NCBI GenBank assembly: GCA_905250055.1
Contig: CAJNOF010000004.1
Coordinates: 905,250-969,249 of the forward strand
Direction of reading: 5' to 3'
From: Rotaria sp.
Taxonomy: Eukaryota
DNA length: 64,000 bases
Shown here: positions 1-13,745 of the stretch, one piece after another
Layout: the number at the start of each line of letters is the position of its first letter
Numbering within the stretch: position 1 is the stretch's first letter
Position numbers and translations under genes: made by a program
The notes under the pieces: model-generated
What the model saw: only the letters and a program-made list of their open reading frames with translations
Database searches by the model: none
Told to the model about the DNA's origin: nothing

Positions 1-778
1 ATTTTTTCAAAATCAACACTTCGATCATTAAAAATAACAAAGTCAATATATCAATCAATTGATTATGTATTCAACTTTTTTTTCTTTCGATCAAGGTTAT
101 TTCCAAAAGCAAAACACTCGCTTCAATAGATATACGTCATCTTAAGATTGTTTGTGACAACGAAATAGTCTCATATAATATACACATAGCATAACAACAA
201 TTTTATACATTAAATCAAGAGACATACATGTTTATATTCTAAACGCATCAATAATACTCTCATTTCAAATGCTTTATCTTGAATTTTTATTATTTTTCAA
301 CGAAATAAATCCTTTATTACAAAAAGTTATTAGATGATGTCATTCATATATTCATTATATGAAAAATCTATAGAAATACAAATATTTCAGCAACTAGCAA
401 TAACAATTATATCAAATAATGATATTTGACTTTACCTATGTATGTTTTTTTCTACCTGTACAATTGCCAGCATTTATATATAATCAATAAATATATTTAC
501 GAGCGATTATTAAGTTGCTTATCATATTATATAAAGAGAAATAATCTTTCAAACATATGTCTATAAGAGAACAGATTAAAAAGAAAAATTCGAACAAATT
601 TCGTTACTTATTTTTCTTTTCGCATTCAAAATAAAATACGTCGAAGTATTGGTTTTTTTTTCAATGAAATAAAAATAAAAAAAAATATGAAATAGATCTC
701 ATTTGACAAGTGCATGTAAAAATGAATTAATATTCTTTTCTTCTTTTTCCTATTTTTTTTTTGTTCACATTATAGAAA

Positions 779-1228
779 ATGAATTCGACACTGTCTGATT
801 GGAATATAAAGCCTCATGAATCTTTTGATCGTTTATATCCATATTTTGCATCATCATTTTCTAATGTTCATACACGCGATATACTTTTTATTATTGGTTT
901 AATTACAGTATGTTTACTTTTATTTATATTATTGATACAATTTTTTGTCAAAGTACGTGAAACATATCAAACGAGCCAACCATATAAACAAAATAACAAA
1001 TCTTACAAATATCAAACAAGATATCCATCTTATCAAGAATTATTAATTACAGATAAGAATCGTTGTGAATGTCTTCAATATTCATGTCTACCAAAATTTC
1101 ATTGTGTTAAACCAACTTGCCAAGTTGTAAACCAATCAACATATTATGAACAAATAGATGAACGACAAATTAATAATTCTCAATGTCAAGTATATATTCC
1201 TAGCAATATATCATGTAGTAAAATTTAG
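779..1228 (+). CDS. Hypothetical single-pass membrane protein with Cys-rich C-terminal half (149 aa), single exon
   Basis: Uninterrupted 149-codon ORF. Hydrophobic stretch ILFIIGLITVCLLLFILLIQFFV is followed by a region with about 9 Cys (CECLQYSCLPKFHCVKPTCQV...). No recognisable family, so the coding status rests only on ORF length in an AT-rich background. Confidence 0.3.
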   Translation: MNSTLSDWNIKPHESFDRLYPYFASSFSNVHTRDILFIIGLITVCLLLFILLIQFFVKVRETYQTSQPYKQNNKSYKYQTRYPSYQELLITDKNRCECLQYSCLPKFHCVKPTCQVVNQSTYYEQIDERQINNSQCQVYIPSNISCSKI

Positions 1229-1774
1229 CTGTAAAATAACTTATTTATAGTATATATTTTTATTTTTTAATTCTAAAATAGAACTCAATCAGAATTAATC
1301 AATTGTTAAGATTCTTGTCTCTTCGTTTTTTTTTTTATAATATATTGTTTGAAAACAAATCGTTTTTTTCCGTTTCATTATATGCATGAATGAAGACAAG
1401 AAAATCAATTATTATTTAGGTTTGTTCGTATATATTCTATCATTGTCTTCGAATACAATTGAGAGATAATGATCTCAACAAATAAATGTGTTAGCTCCCT
1501 ATGGATTACATTGCATGTTTTGGATAGCTGATAGCAAAATAGAAAACTAGCATCTTACTTTTGTTTTTTATTCAATTATATTTTCTCCTTTTCTTTGTTT
1601 TATTATTATTTAAGATTTAATATTCTCAACAACACACAGGCTAATGTCTTCGTCTTGTTATTTTGACGGAGTATCAAACCAGTGAGTTCATTGAAAAAAA
1701 TATAGATAGAAGAAAGCTTTTGAGAAAAGAAAAGGTTTTGTCTTTTTTTTTGTTTTGTATTGTTCTTGGATCAT

Positions 1775-2068
1775 CTAGTGCTTTTCTTGTTGCTGAAATT
1801 GACGGTATGCTGAATCAGCCATATCGTTATTGTTCATTGTTGATTCATGTAAAGATCGTTTCCAAAATTTACGATGTGGTGCACGTTTCCAAAATCGGGA
1901 TTTAGCTGCACGTGCTTTAAGAAGATGTGCTGGATAATATGTATCAAAATAACCCCAATCAGTAGCAGCTGGATAATCATCGCTATCGATTGATGAACTC
2001 GATGAAACAGCAATACCAATTAAAACAATTAATAAACATAAAATAGTATTGATCGATATGATACGCAT
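1775..2068 (-). CDS. Putative small secreted basic protein/propeptide with N-terminal signal peptide and dibasic (KR) sites
   Basis: ORF on the minus strand. Internal Met (MRIISINTILCLLIVLIGIAVSSSSS) gives a classic signal peptide. The mature part contains the repeated motif (S/H)R(K)FW-KR (SRFWKR, HRKFWKR) and ends QFQQQEKH. I took the Met at 2068 as the start rather than the upstream Met at 2128. Confidence 0.35.
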   Translation of the reverse strand: MRIISINTILCLLIVLIGIAVSSSSSIDSDDYPAATDWGYFDTYYPAHLLKARAAKSRFWKRAPHRKFWKRSLHESTMNNNDMADSAYRQFQQQEKH

Positions 2069-5000
2069 GATTACTAGATTACAATTGAAATAAGAATATT
2101 TAAATAAAGAAAAATAAAATAAATACATATATGGTATATGTATATGTATACCTGCTTATTTTATGAAAGATATTGATGTATGAAAATTTTAGATAATCGA
2201 TTTCTAAAAGAGACTGCGAATGATGATGGAACGAGAAAAAAGGAAGACTTCTATATGAATGTCGCTCGGCGTTTTTTTACTCTCCGTAACTAATCGACTC
2301 TGAATTTCTCTTTCTTTTTCTCTTCTTTGTTCGGCGGTTTTTTTTTATTTGTCTCTCCGATCACGTATTTTGAAAGAGATCTTCCTGGCTTTTCTACTCA
2401 TTGAATAGCAAACACATATGTTTTCCTCAATATATCTACTTATTATATGATTTTGCTTCATCAATCAATATAATTCATTATTTAGTCATATACTAATATG
2501 TTGGAATCATTTTTCTTTTTGTGTGAATATTGATTTCTAATCTGTTCAAGCTAAAACAATTACTTTTTGTCCAGGATATATTTTTTTGTTTTGATCAATT
2601 TCCTGTTTGATAATATTAATCATATGTTGATCGTGCATGGAAACATATATGTAACAGTATGCATGACACGTACATTTCGCATATGATCTATATGAACTCA
2701 TTAATGGTTATTATTAGAATAAGCTAATAAAAGTGAAAAAAAAGGTAATGAGGGAAAAATCAAGAACTTAAGAGCATTTACTATTTGGCATCAAACGATA
2801 TAAAAATCGGGCAACTTTCTTTTCCGATCTTGTCAATCAAAAGAAAACAAATGAAAAAACTTATTGACATATTTTCTTAACGTCCATTTTAATATGTTAG
2901 AATTAGCAAACAAAAATACAGAAATACTTTATATTTTGAAGTAGATGATTGATATTTTTCTTCTTTTTTTTCTTATCTCTTTGAAATACTTTTGTCGGAA
3001 TGTATCAATCTATAGGTTTAATCATATTCTATAGTTATTTTTAGTAGGAAACGATTGAAAGTTTTGGAAATGATTCGAATCCACATATAATCTGTATTCA
3101 AGAAGCTGATCATAGATAGACAAGTTTATTACTGGAGATAAGAACGGATTTTATTTATAACGATATTTTTTAATCATATTCTTGTCACTATTCATTATTT
3201 AGATAAAAGCTAAAAGCTTTTTTTTTTGATAAAACTCATTTAAAGAGACAATATAACCAAAAGAAAGGCATTCAATCAAGAGTCTAACAGCAACGTATTA
3301 TATAGAATTAGTACTTAGTAGAAAAAGCCTTGGAGAAGATTTTATCAGTTCAAGACATGAACAATAAGGATTTCAATATAAATGTGATTCGAATACATGT
3401 TGATAAATAAGCTGAAGATTTGAACTTATCATAACTTCATATCTACGAGTAAATAATATTATTTTCATTTAGCATCTTTTGAATAAGATGAAAATTTTGT
3501 CAGTAATGTTTTTGTTCTATGAATTTCTCAAACGATAAATTTTTTTATTTTGATTTATAAAAATTTAGTAAATATTAGAATATATTATGTGAGACAAACA
3601 GTTCTTAAGTATCTATGAACAAAAATCAATATTTTGTTATGAAAAGATTTAGAATTATTTTCGAAGTTTATCAAATAGAATTTTTAATTGATCGTTTATC
3701 ACATTGTTATCAATTGCTTTTAATAATTCCTATAAGAGATATTGTGCTTTATGAATATTTGTTGTCTTTTATGGTTTTTTCCTACTATTGTATATCATTC
3801 TTCAAGTACAAAACAAAACTACCGACGACGTGATGAACATATAATTAGAGATGATTTCTTTTTATGATAAATTGAAAATTTGCATTAATTCTATTGTAAT
3901 TTGATATAGATTCAGATAGATTAGATTTCATTCAGATTTTTTATGAAATCTTATTGATGCTACAGAAAAATTAACTGGGCACTTTATACGTTTGATGTTC
4001 AAAACAGAGATGGATTCAATATTGGTCACTAATATGTTTTATTAATTTGTTTTTTCTCTTAGTATCTTATACAAGACGTGTAATGAAACTTTATTAAAAG
4101 TTGACTATGTCAAATATCATGCTCCATAGATAAAATAATACAAAAACTCGTCAGTCTAGTGTTGGTATAGATTTCAAACCACCCATCCGGTCTGATCTAC
4201 TCAGAATGGTACTGATCTTGAAAAATCCAAGCTGATTCCATCTTTGTTTCAATACAGAGTTACTCTTATTCCGTCAATGCTAAACGATATATTCCAATGT
4301 TTTACAGAAACGGTTTAAAATATACCAACTAACATGATTGTGCACAATTTAGTTTAACGTTCATAGAATATTGAGTATACATTTTGAAAAAAAAAAAACT
4401 TTTCTTATTAAATTAATAACGCTGTTTCATGACTATGGAAATGACATGTTAATACCAATAAATAATGGTCATGAAAAAAAAAACGTAGAACAAATTTAAG
4501 GGAGACATCAAGCATTAGTTTTATTCTGCATTATCGTATTGATTCTTTAGATGAACAACTACTTGAATCAATGTTTGAGCAACTGATTGATCTATTATTT
4601 TATTTTGTTCCAACAAACATCAATGTTGTTTCCGCGACACTTGCTCTCATGATAATATTTCCTCTCGTGACATTGAGGGAGCTAAGGGTGAAGCAAAGGA
4701 GTATGTAAGGTTTAGGACTATATTTACATCTAATTCCAGTATGCTTCTCATTGTTATTTAATTGCTACCAGTTCTAATATAATGCTGTTGGAGAGAAAAT
4801 GTCTCGAGGGCAACTGTCATAGATGTTTTATTCAGAATCAATATATGTTCTATGATCGATACAAGCTGTTGACAAGTCATGCTATTTTTTGTTCTTTAGG
4901 TTCAATTGATTCAACTTTTATATCATGTTCGAATGCTTGTGTTTCATCATGTTAAGTATAACATAAGAAAGCGTGTCTCAAGACAATAAACATTAGGAGG

Positions 5001-6299
5001 ATATATGACTACAGCAAGTGTAATAGAAGTATTTATGGAAACGCATATTCGACGATTATTGATGTTATTAAAATGATGGTTGTAATAGACCAACAATACA
5101 AAGATCAAAACAATTATATGGTGAATTCCGTTTTACTAAAACTTTTGTATTTTGAGAATATCTTTTAATAAATGTTTGATCGCATGATAATTGTGAACTA
5201 ACTGTAAAAGTAGAATTATAAATTGTCATCTTATGACATAGATTAATAGCCTCATCTATATTACAAATTACTTGATCAAGTAATAATAAAATTTGTCGTA
5301 GTTTATTCAGTGTTAATGAATGATTATGCAAATATTTTAATGATTACATTAAGTCAAGTTCGCCTAAACCTGTATGCATATTTTCAATGAATTTTTTACT
5401 ATTTATTCTTGAATATTCATCAGTGATTACTTTATTAAATAACAAATGGAATGTTGAATCGAGACGAATTACGTTGAATTAACAGTTAACAGAAAGAGTT
5501 TAAAAAATAATAATAAAATGTGACACACTAGTTCAATTTTATCGTTATCATTTATTGATTTACTAGAAAAATTGATTCATTATAAATTCTATGTTGATCA
5601 TTTTCATTATTAACAATATCCGTTAGAAACCTATTGATAATAGTTCGTAATTCAACAGTTAAAAAATGTATCACATATATGAGAAATACTCTCAATTATA
5701 GTTGACGGATTAATGGAGATATTTGAAATGTTTCATATGAATATTTGATATTTTTTGTTCGCCTACCTATAATACCCGGCATTTGAATGTCATAAACAAG
5801 AAACATAAGAAGTTTTATTAACTATTATTTCAGAATTAAAGTCATTTATATATATGATACTTGTTCTATATATAGTTTAGTTCATTATTACTTATATAAG
5901 AATTATAACAAGATGCAACATTTATTGAAATAATAAATCGTATAATATTTGCTTTTGAACTAATTCAAGTTTAATAACCAAATTTAATTCTATTTGATAT
6001 AGACTATTTAGTTTAAGACTAAATCTTTTAATGTAAAATTAAATTTAAGATACTGAAAATAAACACATCTTTCTGACTTGGTAATATGTATTCTATGTAT
6101 ATTTCTTATTTAATCAACTTATTCGAACAGATTAGTTTGATAATCTTGCTTTTTTGTCTGTTAATATAGTTGTCGAGCTTAACTTTTTCCTCATAGCTCA
6201 GCATGAATTTCATGTTCAATATCGATACGAACAATAAATAAATAGTTGCGTTTTATTCGATTACAAAATTATTCAAAGAAATAGTTGTCTTTCATGAAT

Positions 6300-6480
6300 A
6301 TAAGAGAGACAATACCTACTGATTAGAGCTGTACGAGACTAAAATTTCAAGCTTTGCCGAGATCAAGGTGAAAAGACAATCTTGAGACCAACCGAAATTA
6401 CGAGAAAGAAAAACTACCAAGACCAAGACTGGAGCCACGAGAAAGGCAAGTGGCTAAGACCGAAGTCAGGACTACCAATA
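6300..6480. repeat. Imperfect ~30-35 bp tandem repeat (4 units, motif ..aagacc..acgagaaag..)
   Basis: Periodic recurrence of gagac(c/t)aa...acgagaaag units is visible by eye. The region is locally GC-richer than its surroundings. Confidence 0.4.
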
Positions 6481-8230
6481 AAAAGTTGTCCCAGCTGGCA
6501 CTGAAGATTATAGTGAAATATTCTATGGTTGTAAGCGAATTATCTTATAAATCATATCAATCAGAATAAAATTCTCGAGAGATGGCTTAAATAAGTGTTA
6601 GTCGTCAACTGCATAAATAAAAAAAATAAGTCTTGAAGAATATTTTTAGATATGATAAAAATAAATTCTAGAATAGTTTTCTCTAGCTCGGGACCGGAAC
6701 TAAAAATAAACGTCTTCCAGCGCACTCCTATTACAGATATATTAATTCAATATTATTTGGATTACTATTAGAAAATGTATGGCTCAATAAACCATCAGTT
6801 GAAAAACATTCGTTGATTACCTTGTGAAGCATCCTAGAAATTGAATTCTTTTATCAAATAAAGTAAATTTTTTATATTGATAAAATTAATGCTGGATTGC
6901 ATTTAAACTTTTCTGAATAGATGAGACATTTACAAACACATGATTCATTTTTGAAATTATGTAAAACGAGAAATTTGTATGAAATCAGATTATCTTTATT
7001 GCTATATGACAAATGAATGTAGTTATATTTAATTGTCAATAATGGATTCACATTAGACGAATCATCCTTCCTTATTAACTTCATCTTGAAGCAAGTACAT
7101 TTTTTTTGTTAATGTTTCTGATTTCATGTCAAATTTTAATTCATTTATTGATTTGAAAAACAGAAGACATATGACACTAATATTGACAACATGAAAGGAT
7201 TTTCTATCTTGACTTTTGTTAATCAAGAAAAGAAATAGTCATTTTAAATTTTTATAAGTTTTATTGATCGTGCATATAAGAAATCTAGAAATATTGATAC
7301 CCTATTGTCTTTCTATTCAATCCATTACTATTAATTTCCATTATTTTAATGAGTTTTTTAAGTCGCTATTGTTCGACTACTTTAAAGGAAAATGTTTAAT
7401 AAAACTCATATCTACTTATGAAATAGCATATTATGAAAGTTTTTTTGATGGTCAATTGTTTATATTTAAGATGCCTGCAAGGTAAATTTTGACAATGTAT
7501 GATATAATTATTCAATCATATCAAATTTGAAATTAGATATTAATAAAAAGAAAAAGAAAAGAGAGAGAGTCATTGTACACATGATTTGAAGTTTTACTAT
7601 AATACAGACGAGTCTTCTTATTTAAAATGTGCGTCTTTGTAGTATTTTTTATATAATAGTTTTCTATCTTTAAAACAAAAGCATTGAATATATAAAGAAT
7701 AATTAATATTCTTAAAAATGAATAAAGAATATTGCCTTCTCATTTTAGATCAAGTCTTTTTGTTTTTGTTTGTCTTTATTCATAAAACTAAACTTGAACG
7801 ATGATTGTATCAATGGTAAACTTTGAGTGGTAATGTTTATTTTTATTATCAAAATAAAAAAATATTTTTTTTCCACTTGAGTTAATCAAATATTCAAATA
7901 TACCAAATTCCAATTGAATGTTCTAGTAAATCAGAATAATTTCTCTTCTTTTTTTTTTTTTTTTTGTTTCTAAAAAAGCAAAACAACAAACGCATTGACA
8001 CAAATCAAATGATGTATTTGAAGAAAAAAAAAAAAGAAAACCGATCAAACAAATAAAAATATTCTAGAAGATTTACTTCATTAATAATTCTATTGCATGT
8101 CAAAGAGAAAAGAGTTATTTTAAATTAATGACAATGCATTATTGAGTATAGAAGTTAGTTAAATTGGTGCTTTTTTTAATACCCATTTTAATTTGCTTTT
8201 ATATAATTAAAATTAATTTTAATTTTGATC

Positions 8231-8267
8231 TTATTATTATTATTATTATTATTATTGTTGTTGTTAT
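8231..8267. repeat. Microsatellite (TTA)9 followed by (GTT)3-4
   Basis: Direct read: ttattattattattattattattattgttgttgtt. Confidence 0.9.
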
Positions 8268-8753
8268 TTCTCCGTCTGTCTTTGTCTTCAAAAACTGAAC
8301 AGTACTCCAGCAGTAATGAGCGCAGAAAGCAAATGCAAAAGAAACAAAGAAAAAAAAACGAGACAATGACAGTGACGAAAAAAACTGAGAAGAAAAGAAT
8401 GAATAGCAAATAAAAATGGAAAGAAGAAAAAAAATCTCACATTCACTCACAAATACACAATTTTTTTTATTTATGATGATAGAACAATAAAAACACCTTA
8501 GCTTGTTTGAAGATTCGATCAGTTTTTTTTTCTATTGACTTTTTCCATTGTCAAGAAAAAAAAAAGAAAATCTCTTTCTCTCTCTCTTTCTCTTTCTTTT
8601 GCTATGCTTCATGCACATACACCGGGGTATCTGCTCGTAGCCTGTTTTTTCAAATTGAGAAAAAGAAAATTATTGATGGAATTTCAAGAGAAAAAAACTT
8701 GAGGAATGAATGCTAAATATCACAAGAAAGAGAATGAGAGAGAAAGAATTAAA

Positions 8754-10053
8754 TTAAACAGCAAACATTTGTGGTACATATAAATCCGAATCATTTAAAG
8801 ATGTCGATAGGTCATCAAGACCAACAAGACCATTATTGCTACTACCACCATTTATAGATGATGATGGATCGCCTGTTGTTCCAGAAGAATCAACATTACC
8901 ATTTGGTGCATACATAGTTGCATACAGACAACGCTAAAATTTTATGTAGAAAAAAAATTTCATTATTTCATTGACACAATATGAATCAAATAAAAAGAAT
9001 AATTTCTTACTTTTTTTGCTTCATTCTCCATAGCTTCATATGGATCTGTATACAGATCACAATGTAAATCATTATGATTAGGTAAAAGTCCACCAAGATT
9101 AACGTTTGGATTTGAATTACCACCACCGGTTGCATATAAATGATGTAAATCTAAATGTCCATGATGTAAATGATGAAGTTCACTATGTGATATTGGTAAT
9201 GGTTGAGCTAATGAATGATGTTGTTGTTGTTGTTGTTGTTGTTGCTGCTGCTGTTGTTGTTGTTGTTGTAAAAGATGATGATTAACATTCATTTGTTGTT
9301 GTTGTTGTTGTTGAGAAGGATCTGAATAAGGTAATTCAATAAGTCCATTTTTACCTTTATTCGTTGTTACTAATGTACGTCGTACAATTGGTCGTAATTT
9401 ATACAAAGGTGGTTCAGGTGCATTAGCCGTGATACATTTTGGACATAACCATGTTTCAGGTATATCATCACTAAATACACCTTCATTTGTAGACGTATCT
9501 GGATGAGAAGTCTAAAATGAAATAAGAACATAAATAAGACAATGATTCTGTTTTTTTTCTTATAGAAAAAAAAGCACAAACATACATGAAAACACGGTAA
9601 ATGATGTATTTCCATACAACGTTCACATTCATAAAGAATTTCTTCTGGTTTAAGTTGTGATAATTTTCTTGAACCTTTCTTTTTTGAACAAACTTGACAA
9701 GAAGCTGTTGATGGTAATATTGGTGCGATACATTGTTTTGTTAAACAACATTGTTTCATTTTTCCAACACCACCAAATTTTGGCATATCTTTACAATGTA
9801 CACATTCAGAACAATCATCACGACAACATGGTTCACATTGTTTACACCTGTTTGAAAGTTTTTTTTAATTGTTTTTTATATATAAAAAATTCTTTTTAAA
9901 ATAAAATGATCTTACCGAACACGTTTATGTCGATCTTTTGCAGTTGCTGTTTTATCTGTATTAGTTTGATAGTGTTGTTGTGTTGGTGTTGTCGGTGATG
10001 CTGTTGTACTATATTGATTCGTTCCATTTGTATGATGATAATTAGTAACATAA

Positions 10054-10089
<36 letters not shown>

Positions 10090-10433
10090 GCTACATAATA
10101 GTTAGCCAAATTTGATTGAGTTTGCTGTTGTTGTTGTTGTTGAGATGAATTTGAACCAGCTAATGGTCCACTTAAAAGTATAGTAGCCGATGGATGTAGT
10201 GTAACAACATTTGTAGTTGTTTGTTGTTGCATTGCTAATGTATCATATTGATGATGATGAGGATGAGGTTGAGGAGGATGTGGTGATTGTTGTTGAGAAT
10301 GAGGATGATGAAGGTGATGGAATGACGAATGATGTTGTTGTTGCATTTCGTCACTACTTGTACTGCTCTTGCGTTTTATGCCTCGTAAAGTCTCCGTTAT
10401 TATTGTTCGGTCGTTCTGAAACATATGATACAT
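8754..10433 (-). CDS. CXXC-type zinc finger + PHD finger protein (KDM2/JHDM1-like CXXC-PHD module without JmjC or F-box), polyQ/His-rich; 4 exons
   Basis: Exons on the minus strand, given as plus coordinates: 9916-10433, 9586-9847, 9011-9511, 8754-8933, all with GT..AG introns and consistent phases. Exon 2 encodes RCKQCEPCCRDDCSECVHCKDMPKFGGVGKMKQCCLTKQCIAPILPSTASCQVCS, the zf-CXXC signature (CxxCxxC...CxxCxxC KFGG), which is nearly collinear with KDM2A/B. It continues into a PHD finger (YECERCMEIHHLPCFH | ...WLCPKC) split by an intron. Long (CAA/CAG)n polyQ and His-rich tracts fill the N- and C-terminal parts. Confidence 0.85.
9218..9270. repeat. (TTG)n/(CAA)n trinucleotide repeat encoding polyQ inside the CXXC-PHD CDS; further tracts at ~9294-9313, 10057-10090, 10123-10142
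   Basis: Direct read of ttgttgttg...gctgctgctg runs. These translate as Q-runs on the minus strand. Confidence 0.9.
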
Positions 10434-12012
10434 CTTATGTCACAAACTACAATCAACAACTAGTATGATACGTGCGTACACAAGTCGAGTCAACATGACT
10501 TTTGTAATAGTTTATTTAGAGCTCCGACTCTATGTACATGTGTCGTCTTTATCTTAATGAACCTGTTGTCTCTGTCTATGTCTATTGTCTTAGCTTACTT
10601 GACTGTGATTTGTATCGATAGATAGTTGTTGATTATAGTTGTAATGAATTATCGTTTGACCAGTTATTGTTAATAAATGATCGTTTGATACATGATCAAT
10701 AAGAAAATGCTAAAAGATAATACATTAAAGATTGCATCATATTTGCTCTGATACAAGGTTAAAAAAAAAGAAGAATGTGAGGTCAAATGACCAAAAATGT
10801 ATGCGTGTATTTATGGACAAACATGAGATTTTTTTTGTGTAAATATCTTCTCATAGTATATGTAGACATTCTCATACTTTTTTTTTCCTTTTTGCAATAA
10901 GATACTCATTCTTTTTTTGATCAGGTTTCTTTCAAAATTACTTAAATAGTACAAAAACACAAGTTAATCACGTCATTGTCAAGAAGCCTTAAAGTGAAAC
11001 TTTTTCGTCTTATTTGTCGAGAAAACTATTTTTAAAGATATACAAAGAAATAGAGCATAAACATATATACACATGTAGAAGATTTTGCAAAACGATGTAC
11101 TATTGACAGAATTTATTCAATAACAGATACTTTCTCCAGACAAATTTCTATTCTCTATATTTATCTCTGATACAAGAGCGACCTTTTCCAAAATGACATT
11201 TCCATGAAAACTTATTCGTATTGTTATATCTCAAGAATCAATTATCAAAATTGATAGTATTCAAAAAGATAAATGAAGAGAAAAAAGAAAACTCTTTCTG
11301 TTTAATTTACCTCCATTGTATTCAAAAGTTGTTGTATCTGTACAAGATCTTCCGGGATCGATTTGTCTTTCAATTTGCGTCAAATTGTACATAGTATTTG
11401 TAATATGTCTAATTTAAATTGTGTCAAACTTTGATAATGTTGTTGTTATTGCTCACTGTCTTTATTAGTATTGTTGTTGTTCACTACCAGCAATCGACTT
11501 GTTCGACAAGGTTTCAGATCTAAAGACAGAGCAATCGAACGCGCGCAACATAGAGAGAGAGAGAGAGAAAATGAGACAAAGGGGCTTCCTTTTTGCTGCT
11601 CATCATTTGAACAGAATAACAATGGACCTCTCAAAGAAACGGAGAAGGAGGGTAGCAAGTAATAAGAGAGCATATTAACAAAAAGAGACACAACATGATG
11701 TGTTTCAAGAGAGACAGAAAAGAGGACTTGATTGAGCAGCATATTTCTACCTGTATGCGTTAATCGATCGCAATTATTTATATATATATAAAGAAAGAGA
11801 AACAGAGAAGTTTTTTGCAGAACCAAAACTCAAGACAAGCAAAAGCAATAGCAGAAATAAATGGGAGCAACGAACAAGAATAAGAGAGAAAAAAGAAGGG
11901 AAAACGACGAGTGTATGTGTGTGCGAACAACGAGTTTTTCCCTTTTTCGCCCCTATGCGTTCATTCATAAAAGATTTGAGTAATTTGCACACAGATTTCT
12001 TTTCTTCTTCTA

Positions 12013-12051
<39 letters not shown>
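12013..12051. repeat. (CT)n dinucleotide microsatellite (~19 units); part of a 4-kb GA/CT-rich block (11.5-14.9 kb) that also has (AG)9 at ~11552-11568
   Basis: Direct read: ctctctctctctctctctctctctctctctctctct. Confidence 0.95.
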
Positions 12052-12053
<2 letters not shown>

Positions 12054-13703
12054 TTCTTTGAATGATCAGAAGACAGCAATAGCAGAGAAAAGGGAAGGAA
12101 AATTTTGAACAAAGAACAAGACGCAAGCGCGCGTCGTGCGTAGCGAGAACATATTATTATGATTGTGTGTGTGTGATTGCACAAGCGAGAGAAAGTGATT
12201 GACGAGTGAGAACAGAGGGAGAGAAAAACGAGGACGCCGAATGATCAGGTTGTGGATGGCGGTAGTACGCATTAATTATTCTCTTCTTCTTTTTTTTTTC
12301 TTTCTTTTTTAGTTTTTTTTTGTCATTTCAAACAAGAATTTGAAATTGATGGTCTTGTGTGCGTATGTGTTTCCAAGTGCAACCCATGTCCCCTCTTCAA
12401 ATTCATAATGAATGTGTGTGGTTGTCCAAGAAACAGAAAGATTTCATTTATTAATTAGCAAACATAAAGTTTTCTTTCTTTTCAAGCACATAAAGAAAAA
12501 AATTAACAACAAAAATCAATGTTCTCATTTGCCTATTCTCGTTGCTTTCTTTTTTTCCCTGGCAATGTTTGAGATTGTCAATATGAGATATAGACCAGAC
12601 AAGTCACAACGACAAAGTGTTTGTATATTTGAGCAATGAAATGAAAATGGGATGAGATGAGAATATAGGAGTGAAGAGAAGTTTTGCAGATCAAAATGAC
12701 AGCAATAAATGAAGACTAGTAAAAAGATGATGATGATTATTGAACTTTTCTGTCTCAATCTTCTAACAAGAACATATTTTAAGAGTCAAGTCAAGTAGTC
12801 AATCAAAATACGAACTGTTTTATTTCTTTCCCATTTTCTTTTTCTATTTCTTAATATAACTATATATCTCTATATAAATTTTATGAAATACTTTTATAAG
12901 AGTATTTATAAGAGTTTGAAAAGAGAAGGGAAATAAAAAAGAATAAAATCATGTGTATAAGAAAGATTGAAAAAAAGAAAGAGAAAAAGTCATGATTCGT
13001 TTCTTTTTATTGTCAAAAAAAAAATGAAACAAATGTCATATTTCGTTGTCGATTTTTTTTCGGTTGAATGGCTGGTATAAAAAGAGAATTATGTAAGGAA
13101 AGAAAAGGAAAATTGTTCTTTCTTCTTCCTTTCTTTTCTTTTCATACAACCGAATGACAATTGTTCACAAAGTTAATCGATACATTTTTTTTTTATTTAG
13201 TCAATATAAGAAAAAAAGAGAAAAGTAAATCTTTGAAAAGCTGCTTACCAAATCTGACTCGTTCGTTAAAATACACCAATAACTCTCAAACAATCGTTTT
13301 ATAAATATACATACATACATACATATATCTTTATATCCTTCTTAACTCTAGAGACAAATGAGAATGATGATGGTGTTATTATCAACATAGCAAATCGTTC
13401 AACATGCTGGTGATGATGGTGAATATTGACGACAACACGCCTTTGCGCGCTATTCATTTGTCTCCTGAGACAGTATAGAGTGCGTGCGTATGCAGGAGGC
13501 AATAACAGCAAAAAAATCATTATGATCACCATCTTCTCTCTCTCTCTCCTCCTTCGTTCTACACCCAAAGTGACTATTATCTGATTATCTTAAATACTTG
13601 CGCGCTTCTCAGCATGAAATACCAAGTGTTACCTCTAGAGTCTTCTTCTTCTTCGTCTTGTCTTGTTCAAGAACGAGCAAACGAACGAGTACGATCATAA
13701 ATT

Positions 13704-13705
<2 letters not shown>

Positions 13706-13741
<36 letters not shown>
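13706..13741. repeat. (CT)18 dinucleotide microsatellite
   Basis: Direct read: a perfect run of ctct... Nearby ORFs (ERERER) are artefacts of this repeat. Confidence 0.95.

Positions 13742-13745
<4 letters not shown>

Noticed and set aside
4150-4260. 5S rRNA-like stretch (ccacccatccggtctgatctactcagaatggtactgatc shares gtctgatct and ccaccc with the 5S rRNA box A region)
   Set aside because: Only a ~9-nt core matches. The 5' start (gcctacggccatacc) and the GC-rich 3' half of 5S are absent and no terminator T-run is in place, so this is most likely a chance resemblance.
8188-8450. Overlapping ORFs on both strands with polyN/polyI/polyL runs
   Set aside because: They are translation artefacts of the (TTA)n/(GTT)n microsatellite at 8231-8267 and of A-rich low-complexity DNA.
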